A model generated the notes under the pieces. The model did not search any database. It had not been told where the DNA came from and saw only the letters and a list, made by a program, of their open reading frames with translations. DNA of 63,153 nt, filler included, from Octopus bimaculoides (taxonomy: Eukaryota), in NCBI RefSeq assembly GCF_001194135.2. It is 4 parts of 4 records of this genome, joined end to end, with 100 filler letters (N's around TTAATTAATTAA, not from the genome) between each part and the next. Parts side by side here need not be neighbours in the genome. Positions count along the whole stretch, not along the records: positions 43,167 to 63,153 come from NC_068984.1; 3 more parts are not named here. One strand, 5' to 3'. Every line of letters begins with the position of its first letter. Position 1 is the first letter of the stretch. Shown piece after piece: positions 50,951 to 62,880 of this stretch. The translations under genes were made by a program, and so were the position numbers.

Positions 50951-52250
50951 ATCTAGACCCCCGAGAATTTTGCACTAGCTGAAAGTAGGCAACATCTTGA
51001 AAATTGGTCAGATTGATCAAGGAGAGAGTTGAACGTGACACCTGAAGGCAGATTGTCCCATACTCTCTGTTTCCGTCTATCCTCCACTGTAATCGGAATT
51101 GACAAACCCAGCTCTCTCCACTGTGATAGAGCTCCATCCATCTCCCTGTTGGAATTAGTCCTTGTTGGAGAGAAGAGGATGTTGCCTACCAAAGGAAAGC
51201 TAGCGTGGATGGAGGAAAGAAAACCGGGAAGAGATAAAGACGAGAACTTGCGCAGATCTAGACCCCCAAACCGTTTGGGCAAAGCAGCTTTGTCGCGGGG
51301 ATCTGGGGAGAGCTTGATATTGACCAAGCATTCGAGTTTCCTGAAGATTAGGTCGTCAAAGTATTGGAGAGACGACAGAAATCTGTAAGAGAGACTAACT
51401 CTCAGAAAATACAATAGCTTAGGAATTGACAAATAATTCTTAAGTATAAAAAAAACCTGGAAGGGGCTCAATTACTTCAAGGTTTTTTAAAAGTTGTTCG
51501 AGGTTAGCTAATTCGGATCTAAAGATGGACTCGAAAGCTAGGTCAGTAATTGGGGTTCCAAGGGAGCACCACGCTGATGAAGGAAGAATCATGACTGAGG
51601 GGAGGGTGTCTACAAATAGTCTAGTACTCTGCTCATGCGAAGCTGGGTGGTTGAGGAGCCAGAGCTCTCATTTGGAGCTGTTAACGCTAAGACCTCTACG
51701 ACCTCCCAAACAAGCATCACCGGGGTACCAGACATTCAGGTCTGGGTCGGCTCCCATCTTGGTGGCATTATCAGTACCCAATGCGAATAGGGCAGGACCC
51801 AATGGATCATCCTGTTGGACTCCAGAGGCAGATGATGGAATGAGGTGGTCACCAAACGAGTGGTAGGAGGGCTCCCGATATGCTTGCTTAGCAAAGCGAT
51901 AAAGTGATGGGGAATTCTCCCTTACTGCGTGGAGGATGATGTTTCGACTGATGGAGTTAAAAGCATTCTCAAGGTCTAGTTTGAGAATGACCTTTGGGGA
52001 CTGAGAGGGCAGATTGGTGAAAGTTCTGATGGCATTAGCAGCAGCCTCACAGCCTAGCTTAGTACCCACTAGTTGAATAGGGGAAAATTCCCCGGTCAGG
52101 CAGTTAGAAACTGAGAATAGGCACACTTTTGTTGTGAGCTGTTGCAGAATATAACCAACTGCTATGGGGCGGAGGTCACCGTTTGGCTCCCACAGAACAG
52201 AGGACGAATATAGGTAAGGGCACTCTCGAAAGAGAACAAGTTTATGAACT

Positions 52251-52975
52251 TATAGTAGAAAGTGGGTTATAGATCTTTAGATGTATACCTGACTTTCCTA
52301 CTATAAAATTAAAGAATATAACGGAACGCTGAACTCCAGACTATCAACTTAAACAACATTTATTCAGGTGGTAAATATATACATCTTTAGTAGAAAGTGG
52401 GTTATACATCTTTAGATTGTATACCTGACTTTCTACTATAAAATTAAAGAAATAGACGGAACGCTGAACTCCAGACTAAACAACTTAAACAACATTTATT
52501 TACTTGGTAAAACATACATATCTTTAGTTATACATCTTTAGAGGTGAGAATAACGAGCTTTCGAGTATAAGACCGAAAGATGTAGAGACAGCTTTAAACA
52601 CACGTCCATGCTCAATCGCTGGCCAGCGAGAAAGAGAATGAATTGAGCGGGAAACGCTTGCTTGTTTAATTCTACGCATGCGTAAGACTACGCATGCGCA
52701 GGCGTTACTACACATCTTTAGACGTTGTTGTTACAGCTTCTGTTGTTGGGACGTTGTTATGTAGGTGTGAGCGAGCTGTCGAGCGTAAGTCCGAAAGATG
52801 TAGAGAGACAGCTTAACACGTAAAGAGGCTGTCTCCAGAGTTCGAATGTTAGAGACACTCTTGACACGTCCATTGCTCTATGCTGGCCAGCAAGAAAGAG
52901 AATGAATTTAGCGGGAACGCTTGGTTGTTTAATTCTACGCATGCGTGAGACTACGCATCTCACGGCGTTACTACA
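52251..52975 (-). mobile_element. Solo LTR (Gypsy-like) inserted in the CRE element
   Basis: Termini TATAGTAG (TG mutated) ... TTACTACA; 4-bp TSD AACT at 52247-52250 and 52976-52979. The empty site is seen in the second CRE copy (ATACAGTTCATAAAC, about 57429). Strand inferred from minus-strand AATAAA. Confidence 0.85.
52386..52712 (-). mobile_element. Second solo LTR of the same family nested inside the first
   Basis: A-A'-B'-B repeat order. The inner unit TTTAGTAGAAAG...GGCGTTACTACA is flanked by CATC direct repeats (extendable to CATCTTTAG). Confidence 0.7.
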
Positions 52976-54171
52976 AACTGTATTTGGTTCTCCAAGAGTT
53001 TGAGCCCAGCTGAGGTCGCAAGCCATCGATCCCATCACCAGAACCTGCTGGGAAAGAGGAAATTGCTCTCCTGGCATTGTCAGGAGTGAAGATGGGTTGT
53101 AGAAAACTTAGTGGGTCCGGCCAGTGTAGATGATTATCTGAGGGGCCGGAGGATGTTTCTCCTTCAGTTGGTTGATGGAATCTGTGGTACACGGGACGAG
53201 GGAGGACAGAGAGGAAAGAAGGATAACAGCCCCATTAATGTCAAATTCGCTGAATTTGGCATTAACAGCCTTCTTCAAGTTAGGTGGTCGACCATTGTTA
53301 AGGGTTGAGCTGATGACCGACCTGAGATGAACAGTGGTTGGGGTAGATTCGAACAGCTCGAACTGCCGTTTCAGGGAAGAAGTGAGGGATCCACTATACC
53401 CATTCGTTACGTAGAGAAAGACCAAACGGAACAGGAACAGTTTCTGCCAATCAGAGATGTTGTTGGATATGCAGACGTTTTTCAGCAGTTTCGAGAGAAC
53501 ACGGGCAAAACAAGTCCAAACACCCTTAGAGATCCAATTGGCGAGCTTCAGCTTGGACAAAGCCTGGAGGGCGGCGGCAAAATTTTCAACAGGGATCTGG
53601 ACTTCAGGGTAAGGTTCTGTCCTACTAAGGATGTCAGAGCTGAAGTGATATCGGTTGCATGTCCAGTTAGAAAAAACCTTCGACCTAAAACTTAGTAATA
53701 GCGACTTGTACAGGTGCAGAGAATACAACTTGGGGGTGAACTGGTAGTATCAGTGGGGTCAGCGTTAGAATTAGAATTCAGACGGAGAGAGGATGGTAGT
53801 GGGGGAAGAGTGTCGCTGGAGGTGGGGTGGGTGGGGTAGCTGAATGAGCAACATTAACTCTGGTGGTGGGAAAGTAATGTTTATTTTTGGTTCTATAGAT
53901 GCAGAAAATGGTTTATGATTGGCTGAATTATTGCTGACGTAGGGCAAGAGAAATAATGGAGGGAAAGTTAAAAACAATAAACACAGGCAGTGATGATGAC
54001 GGTCACGTGTAATAGCAAGAGTAAACAACAGCAACAAAAGAGCGACGGCGGTAGTGGTGATGGTGCCGCCGGCCAAAACTACACAAAAGCTTTCGCTGAA
54101 TCGCTAATTTTGGATTTGCATTGTAAAGATCCGGCTAAAAAAATAAATAAACACACACACATACACGTGTA

Positions 54172-54360
54172 TTTTATTCTTTTAGTGGTTTCAGTCATTC
54201 GAGTACGACCTTGTCGAGGCCTTGAAGAATATAGTCGATTAAACTGACCTCAATACTTAGTTTGAGGTTTGGGTGATACTTACTGTATTCCCGTTTTTGT
54301 CGAACTGCTAATTTACAGGAACGTAAACAAGCCAACATCAGTTATTAAGGGGTAAGAGAC
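54172..54360 (-). mobile_element. Family C SINE, degenerate 3' portion
   Basis: TTTTATTCTTTTAG..GTTTCAGTCATT...TAGTCGATT...GTCGAACTGCTAA.TTAC.GGAACGTAAACAAGCCAACATC. Confidence 0.6.
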
Positions 54361-54789
54361 AAAAAACACACACACATACACATACATACGTACATGTGTG
54401 TGTGTGTGTGTGTGTTATACTTGGGGATGGTCATGTTTTGCCAATTAAACACACGCTATATTATTCTTATTTTACTTTCTTTATCAAAGTACTTTCGTCA
54501 CACATCTTGTGACCTTTTCAACGACTCTCTGTCTCATATGTTTCCTCTATTCTGCTAATTCCATTCTGTCTTTCTGTGGTATGTATCCCTATCTGCGGAT
54601 GCGTTTACATCTGCGTGTGTATGTGTGCTTAGTATGTGTTTTGTGTGCGTGTATATGGGTTCGCCTGTTATATTCTATGTACCCTTGTCTTTTATTTCTT
54701 TTTCTTCTTTCTCATTCTGTCTTTAGTATGCGTATGTATGTTTTGTGTGTATGGGTTTGTGTATTACACTAGTTGTATCTGTGTCCTTT

Positions 54790-55150
54790 TTTTTCTCTCC
54801 TCATTCTGTCTTTAGTCGTCAGGTTGCGTAGTGTAATGGAATTATTCCAATCATGCTTTCTATTGAGGCTCGGTCTCTCTACTACTATATGTCTGGCCTC
54901 TGTAATCTGTCTAAGTGTTGTGTCTGTTCTATGTATTGATAATGTCTAAACATCTATGTTATCAACCGAACTGCATGTTCTAATTGAACTTTTCTCCTCC
55001 ATGAGTTACCGCCAGTGTTCACTTATCCGCTCACCTGCGTTACGTGCTGTCTCCTCAATGTATATCGTTGTCCTGTTTCTGTACCGTCCCTTACTACACC
55101 TGATATTATAAACTATATTCCTAGTTTTACAATTTATCTGTGGGCAAACC
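54790..55150 (-). mobile_element. Penelope-like element, GIY-YIG endonuclease and C-terminal remnant
   Basis: INCKTRNIVYNIRCSK...TIYIEETARNAGERISEH (GIY-YIG: NIVY.I.C, YIGET.R, R..EH), then LRQITEARHIVVERPSLNRKHDW. Confidence 0.75.
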
Positions 55151-55164
55151 AAACTGCTATGCGC

Positions 55165-56335
55165 AGACATGAGTATAGCATCTTGGAACGTACGCATACT
55201 CCAGGGTCACAAAAAGCATCCTGGGCGCAAAACAGTACTTATAGCTCGTTTTCTGAAGTAGTCGAAGAGTAAATTTTCTTCTGAGTTGGTAAATCAGAGG
55301 CAGTAAAAAAAGGAATCTTGGTATGAATTTCGTTATTAGTAATGGTATTGCACATAAACCAGAATTTTTACCAAATTGAATAAATGATCATCTTATGTTA
55401 TTGGGAATTCCAATTGACTTTGAAAAATATGCTACGCTTGTAAGTGCATACGCACTAACAATTGGTTCTACAGCCAAAGATAAGCTCTGTTCCGATTTAC
55501 GAATATCATTGAACCAAATTCCCAATCAAGATAAGATTTTTCTTTTGGGAGATTTTAATCCCCGTGTTGGTTCAGATTACTTTTCTTGATCAAATATACT
55601 TGGTAAGCATGGTCTGGGCAAAATGAATTCAACTGAACTCCTGATACTATCTTTGTACTTTCTGTCACCTATACACTTTTTTAATAATCAATAAAAACAA
55701 AATAACTTGGTATCATCCAAGATCAGGTCATGGTCATTTGATTGACTATGTGATTGTCCGAAGCCGAGACAGAAATGATGTTAAATTATCACGTTCTTTT
55801 CGGATTGTTGGTCTGACCAAGCTATAGTTAGTAGTAAGATAAAAATGAGACCAAAGCCGACCATAAAACAAAATCGTAAAAAATTCATAAGGAGACTTGA
55901 TATTTCAAAGACAACAACAAAAATATTCCCATTTGATGAAATGTTACGGAGGTGTACTTGCATAGCAAGTCTCAAAGCGACGAAAATATTTTGACAAATT
56001 AAATTTAAATGTTGAAGTGAATCTACATAATGTTAGAATCACGGAAAATATGGAAGACTCATAGGGTCAACTAAGAGACACTATTTATGAGTCATCCAAA
56101 GAAGTTCTTGGGTTTTCATGCAACAAAAACCAACATTGGTTTGATGAAAACGACTCTGTATATCCTTTGACTCCGTATATTGGCAGGCTTTTTGGAAAGT
56201 ATTAGCGAAGCTCGGGATTCCCGAGCAAATGTTAAATGCCATAATGTCCCTACATAAAGATATGAAGGCATTCGTTCTATCAAATGGCAGTCTCAGCCTT
56301 TTGATGTTAAAAAATAGTACAAAACAAGGTTGAGA
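55165..56335 (+). mobile_element. RTE-clade LINE fragment: APE endonuclease joined by a deletion to an RT piece
   Basis: SIASWNVR; KYATLVSAYALT; IFLLGDFNPRVG; TWYHPRSGHGHLIDYVIVR; QHWFDEND, followed directly by FDSVYWQAFWKVLAKLGIP...KQG. Confidence 0.85.
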
Positions 56336-57410
56336 AAGAGAAAGAGTGTCACTATTAAAAGTGAAACTACAAAAGTAAAACTATTAAAAATGAAACAATA
56401 TAAAAGTGAAGCTATTTATGTTACTCCGTCGAAGGTTTCAGTTTTATTCTTCGAGTTTTGAGACGTAATACGGAATTAGAGCCAATGCTGCATTGTTTTA
56501 ATCCACAAAAATTACATGTTGACACTCACGGGGTCTCATAGTATTACCATAAAAAATTTGATTTTATTTGTTTGAGCCGTTTGAGAATGCATTGGGAACA
56601 GAGATAAACAGGATTTTATATATATATATATATNNNNNNNNNNNNNNNNNNNNNNNNNNNNNNNNNNNNNNNNNNNNNNNNNNNNNNNNNNNNNNNNNNN
56701 NNNNNNNNNNNNNNNNAATAATAATTCTTCGGATAGAATAAATGGGTTAATAGAAACCAATGTAGCAAAGAACACAAAATAACTTTGGTGTTGTTCCTGT
56801 TTTAAAGCAGGGACTCCTTGAAATTTTGGGTATTTAAGTATATTTAAAAATTTAAGGAATGGAGAAAACGCATGTTATAATTGCATACTTTATTCCTACA
56901 TATGTTTCAAAGGATTACAACCTATGTGATCCATAGGGATCTGTGATATTAAAATTGTAACCTTCTCATCAGGGAAAGCATAGGAATCATTTGAAACGTA
57001 AGACATTATGACCAAGTATGAAAACTATAGATGGATAAGGTTATGACGTGATTCATTTGAAAAAAAACCGTTAGAGAATTGGACGCTGCCGGATAGTAGG
57101 TTGGACAACACATACATACAAATGTTTGAAAACATACATGCATACATAAATACATATACACATATACACATACATACATATACACACGTATAAACACATA
57201 TGAATGTGTATATATATATATACACACATACACATACACACACATATATACATACATACACACACACATATACACGCATACGTCCACATTTACACACATG
57301 CACATACNNNNNNNNNNNNNNNNNNNNNNNNNNNNNNNNNNNNNNNNNNNNNNNNNNNNNNNNNNNNNNNNNNNNNNNNNNNNNNNNNNNNNNNNNNNNN
57401 NNNNNNNATA

Positions 57411-59310
57411 CGAACTCTTGGAGAAGCTAATACAGTTCATAAACATGTTCTCGTCTGAGAGTGTCCTTGCCTACATTTATCCCCTGGGGCTAAACTATTT
57501 GGTCTCAATTTGGGGCTAAACTATTTGGTCTCACCAAGACCAACGGTGACCTCTGTCCCATAGCATTTGGTTATATTTGGCGACGGCTCACATCAAAAGT
57601 GTACCTGTCCTAAGTTTCTAACTGCCTGACCAAGGAATTTTGCCCTATTCAGTTAGGAATAGGTACTAAGCTAGGTTGTGAGGCTGCTGCTCATGCCACC
57701 AGGGCTTTCACCAACCTGCCCTCTGAGTCCCCAAAGGTCATCCTCAAACTAGACCTTGAGAATGTGTTTAACTCCATCAGTCGAGACGTCATCCTCTGCG
57801 CAGTAAGGGAGAATTTCCCACCCAAGCATATCGGGAGTCCTCCTATCTCTCGTTTGGTGACTACCTCATCCCATCTGTCTCCGGAGTCCAACAGGGTGAT
57901 CCACTTGGTCCTGCCCTATCCGCATTGGGTACTGATGGGAGCCGACCTAGACCTAAATGTCTGGTACCCCGATGATGCTTGCTTGGGAGGCCCTCCTGAC
58001 AAGGTGCTTTCAACTGCGAGCACGATGATCGAGGAACTTGGTCGTAGAGGTCTTAGCATTAACAGCTCCAAATGCGAGCTCTGGCTCCTCAACCACCCAG
58101 CTTCGCATGAGCAGACGACTAAACTATTTGTTGACTCCCTCCTCTCAATCGCGGTTCTTCCTTCATCAGCATGATGCTCCCTTGGAACCCCAATTACTGA
58201 CCTAGCTTTCAAGTCCATCTTTAGATCCAAACTGGCTAGTCTCGAACAACTTCTAAAAAACTTTGAAGTAATTGAGCCCCACCAAGGTTTTTTTATACTT
58301 AGGAATTATTTGCCAATTCCTAAACTATTGTATTTTCTGAGAGTTAGTCTCTCTTACAGTTTCTTGTTGTCCCTCCAATACTTTGACGACCTAATCTTCA
58401 GGAAACTCGAATGCTTGGTCAATATCAAGCTCTCCCCAGATCCCCGCGACAAAGCTGCTTTGCCCAAACGGTTTGGGGGTCTAGATCTGCGCAAGTTCTC
58501 GTCTTTATCTCTTCCCGGTTTTCTTTACTCCATCCACGCTAACTTCCCTCTGGTAGGCAACACCCTCTCCTCTCCAACAAGGACTAATTCCAACAGGGAG
58601 ATGGAGGAAGCTCTATCACAATGGAGATAGCTGGGTTTGTCAGTTTCGGTTACAGTGAAGGATAGACGGAAACAGTGAGTATGGGACAACTGCGTTCAGG
58701 TGCCACTTTCAACTCTCTCCTTGATCAATCTGATCAATTTTCAGGGTGTCCCCTACTTCCAGCTAATGCAAAATTCTCAGGGGACTGGATTGATGCCCTG
58801 GTTGTAGCCAACAATGAAGGTATACTCAGTCTAGATGAACTTCGCATCTCCATCGCCCTCAGAGTGGGAGCTGACGTCTGTAGGGGACTGAGATGCCACT
58901 GTGGTAGGCCCCTTAACCCCACAGGTCTTCACGGTCTGTCTTGCCGCCTAAATGCTGGTCGCTTCGCTCGTCACACCGAGCTAAACCTAATCATTAAGCG
59001 GGCCCTAGCTCGGATTAATATCCCCTCAGTTCTGGAACCGTCGGGGTTATCCAAAAATGATGGAAAGAGACCAGATGGTCTTACCCTCTGTCCATGGGTT
59101 AGAGGTAGGTGCCTTATTTGGGACCCCACAGCCTGCGACTCCTTTGCTCCGTCCAACATCCTGGATGCTGCAGTTAATGGGAGGGTAACTGCTTCCGTCG
59201 CCGAAAGGAAGAAAACCCTGAATAATTGGGACCTGACAGTGAATTATCTCTTCCAACCTGTGGCGTTTGAGACGTTCGGAGGGACTGGGCCACTAACCGC
59301 GAAGTTCTTA
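57411..59310 (+). mobile_element. CRE-clade retrotransposon, second copy (RT to RLE), truncated at both visible ends
   Basis: LKLDLENVFNSISR; VWYPDDA; IPKLLYFLR; [21 protein letters not shown] (CCHC); GKRPDGLT..W; AFETFGG. About 92% amino-acid identity to copy 1 over the IPKLL-SQWR block by eye. It starts at a gap and diverges after KFL. Confidence 0.9.
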
Positions 59311-59796
59311 GAGAAAGAGTCGGTTTTTAACCTAGAGCCAAAGCTCCTTCATTGGGATTTCGACAACAACAAGGTATTTTTGTATGCATGTATGTATTTA
59401 TGTGTGCAGATTTGTATGTTTTGTATTATGATTGTATTCTCATGTATACTGTTGCATGTTTAGACATGCTTATATTTACTTAAATGATAAACTTCTGTAA
59501 AGTTTTACAGATTTTTACAGTTCCAATGATCTGTAGTCTTCGAATTTGTAGTCCTCGAATCAGCTTTCTCCTTTCTGGCTTTGAAAAGCCTAAATTCTCA
59601 AGATTGGTATTTAGTCAGTATGTTACATATTCCGATGCTCCAATAATTACAGGTATAAACCTGAACTTGTAATTTGAATAGCGTAGCTGTAGATTCCTCA
59701 ATAGTTCAATATGTATGTATGTATGTATAAATACGAAAAAAGACCTGTACGAATTACCTAGGCCACTACTGTTTTCTATTGTGTTTTATATAAGCC

Positions 59797-60727
59797 TGTA
59801 GCAAGTATATGTTCACAATTTGCTTGTTTACTTTTGTCGAGAAGTGGTTATACACCATTAGGTGTACTCCGCTTCCGTACATTAAATTTCTTGAAGAAAC
59901 AACGGAACGCAGATTCTGAACTATCAACACAATATTTATTACAATAGAATTCGGCAGCACTTCGCCCTTTGGTTACTGAGACGCCGTCAATGATGTTGCG
60001 TGGTTATTTGTCTAGCTCCAGAGTTGGAATGTTGGAGAGAGGCTGCTACGACGTCCAGGCCCTTCGTCGGCCAGCGAGAAAGAGGATGAAAATCCGCGCG
60101 AAGCTTGGATATCGATGACTACGCATGCGCATGAGACTCTTCCTGTATTCCTTTCGGAACTAGTCCCTGCGCATGCGTGGATAAACTTTCCGGAAATGTC
60201 GTCTGCTATTAGGACGTCACTACACTTTTAAATATGTGCATATCGGCTCATACGCTGTTTTCTACAAGTGGTCGCATGACCTGGTCACGTGATGGGTTAT
60301 ACATCGATCTGGCCCTTCCAGCTTTACGCAGGGTATCCATCTCAACATGTGACAGACCAACCGAGGGCGGGAAATTTATACCTCTCAGCTATATAAAGAG
60401 AGATTTTCCCGCTATTAATCAGCGAGTTGAGTTACGCAGTCGAGTTCGGATCTCGGAAGAGATGAGTTTTATTTTGCAGGCAGCCTCAGTTAGCTTCCCG
60501 ACGCGTACGTCTGTTCCTGTCTTCCAGCAGAAGTCATGCCATGTATTTCTTTTCCTCTGCTACACCGAACACATCATGTACCAACTGCATAAGAAACCAT
60601 GTGTATATTTTCTCACAGTATATTTCAAGATATATTTCAACAGCTTTACCGTGTTAATGCTTTTTAATGGATTGAATAAATCATCGCATTTAATCCTCTT
60701 TGTTTTCTCTTTCTTCCTTTATCTACA
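59797..60727 (+). mobile_element. Possible LTR or promoter-like cassette interrupted by the 59835-60224 solo LTR
   Basis: TGTAG...CTACA termini, E-box GTCACGTGA (60284), TATATAAA (60390) and AATAAA (60675) in LTR order. No TSD found. Confidence 0.35.
59835..60224 (-). mobile_element. Solo LTR related to 52251-52975
   Basis: TG...CA termini (TGTCGAG...CACTACA) and 4-bp TSD CTTT. Shares ACGGAACGC, AACTATCAAC, GGCCAGCGAGAAAGAG and CTACGCATGCG with the 52 kb LTRs. Confidence 0.8.
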
Positions 60728-61275
60728 TACACACATGTATATTGGAACTCAAACCAGTAACTCAACTCCAACCGTTAAAAGTCCTTTGGAAACTGAAAAT
60801 AAGGATGAACAATTGTTGTGTTGATGACGCCTATTGAGACAAATACGTCTCTATACAGTAAGTCTTTGCCTTTCCTTGATGGCCTGTCAGTTTTGGAGAA
60901 TCCTTAAATCTTGAGATTATCTCCTCTCCTCAAGTGAAGTTGGTCATTAATGTCATTGGGTAATTATGATATATTCTCTAGAGACAGGGGTAATTTTAAA
61001 AAATCAAGGATTCTTGATGCAAGGTATTTGATATACCGGTATTTGCCTGAGTTTATATAAAGAGAGGAACAGATGATAGACAGACAGTGACTCAGTCACA
61101 CAATCATAGAGACGAGCAAATCAGACGATGAAGAAACTCAGGGCAGATGCATTTATACGTTATCTCCACTATCAGTTATTCGACAACCAGACTTACCAAC
61201 ATGAGCAGACTGCAACACTCAATGACAAACAGCCACGAACTTAAAAACCAACCGTGGCAAGAGACACTCAATTCT

Positions 61276-61411
<136 letters not shown>

Positions 61412-62202
61412 CTGTATTTCTTTCTCCTATACACAACCACAAAAGCTTTTCAACTAAATCACGAAAATGAGCACAATATTCTCTTACAAAATCAGGCCAT
61501 AACATTTTCCGGTGTTGTGTAGCTCGTTTCTTTCTTGAAACCGTCGTGTTCCATTTCGGAACCTTTAACAATAGAACAGATGATGATTTGAAAGCGAAAC
61601 CTCTGCCCTCGTTAATCTAATATTCAACATTCATTTTATGGTAACATCACATTAATCTTATTGTTTTATATACCTGCGTGCGCGTGAAATGCGTGTATAA
61701 AGTAGTAAAATGCGTCATCTTATATCTAAAAAGCGAGTGGAAGACACAACTGCTCGATGTAAGCATGACAAACATTCTTCGTCCTTGTCTCTACTTATTA
61801 AAAGTTAACTTACTACTTAGCATCTGTATTAGTTTAGTATGAAATTTACCTTAAATTGTTTATTTTAGCTTTATAGTCATTGCTAAAACTCTTCGCTCTT
61901 AAGAGCATAAAATAAACACTTGTCTTATGAAATAGCTTTTCAAAGACGTTTTAGCTGTAATGACATCAGCAATACATCAACAGACGTTTATTTTACTCTT
62001 TAATGCAATTAAAAAGGTGTTTGCAATGTTATGCTTGTCTGTGTGCGCGCGGGTATATGTGTGTGTATGCATGCATATGTAAGTATGTATGTATGTAGGT
62101 ATGTATCTATCTTTTTATATATACATACATACATATATATATACATACATACATATATATACATATATATAGATATATATACATACATACATACATACAC
62201 GC

Positions 62203-62251
<49 letters not shown>

Positions 62252-62275
62252 CAAATGAATAACAACAGACAATGA

Positions 62276-62586
62276 ATAATTGTCAGTTCATTACAGCTGT
62301 TTCTTACGCATTTTTAAATAGAAGAACGAGAACATTACTCCATTGCAAAAAACTGTAATCACGAGATGAAACATAATTTCAAAAACAAAAGAATATCCCA
62401 AGAATACAGCAGGGACATCGCTGAAGTTTGTCGAGGCTTACCATAGAAATGGTAAGCCTTGACAGACTTCTTTTGTTTTGAAATTATGTTTCATCTGATG
62501 ATTACGGTTTTTTGTAACGAAGTAATGTTCTCGTTCATCTATTTAAAAAAATGCGTAAGAAACAGCTGTAATGAGCTGATAATTAT
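62276..62586. repeat. Long near-perfect inverted repeat (foldback/MITE-like hairpin)
   Basis: Arms of about 135 bp pair through to CTTACCAT-AGAA-ATGGTAAG (4-nt loop). The left arm carries an extra insertion of about 32 nt. TA occurs at both outer ends. Confidence 0.9.
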
Positions 62587-62844
62587 GCATCGTCTATTAT
62601 TATTCCTTTGATTATAATACACCATAGCGATGTACGACACATCAGACACTCTGTAGTATACCAACAACGTACAATCAACATAACGTTGATTTAGCCCTTA
62701 GGTGCTAAATGCTCATAGGTTGGTTTTCTTTGTGTACAGAACCAGAAAATCATATTTGATATTTATCAACTACAGGTGGTGACCACAGGTTTATCCAACC
62801 CTACCTGGTGCATATTTTTTCAAGTACCCGATTCTATCTGAATC

Positions 62845-62846
<2 letters not shown>

Positions 62847-62880
<34 letters not shown>
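62847..62880. repeat. (ATT)n tract at the 3' junction of a Dong element
   Basis: Seen directly. Confidence 0.95.

Larger units (their letters stand above)
49905..53990 (-). mobile_element. CRE-clade RLE retrotransposon, near full length, decayed, with two nested insertions
   Basis: KFSEFDINGAVILLSS..KHP; GIDGLRPQ; DLRPIAVG; LKLDLENAFNSISR; GVQQDDPLGPALF; IPKLLYFLR; LPKRFGGL; RFARHSEL; KRPDG; LAIARGNAA. The 5' boundary is approximate (possibly up to about 54140). Confidence 0.9.

Noticed and set aside
54060-54140. Possible HDV-like ribozyme at the CRE 5' end (GCCGG...CCGGC-GG)
   Set aside because: P1 has a mismatch and no P3/L3/P1.1 or J4/2 could be built.
60828-60870. TTGATGA-CGCCT-ATTG-AGAC-AAA-TACGTC, possible decayed hammerhead
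   Set aside because: Needs three or more corrections and has no stem I.
62495-62525. CTGATGA...GTAACGAAG motif
   Set aside because: Lies within the foldback arm, has no GAAA and no stems I or III.
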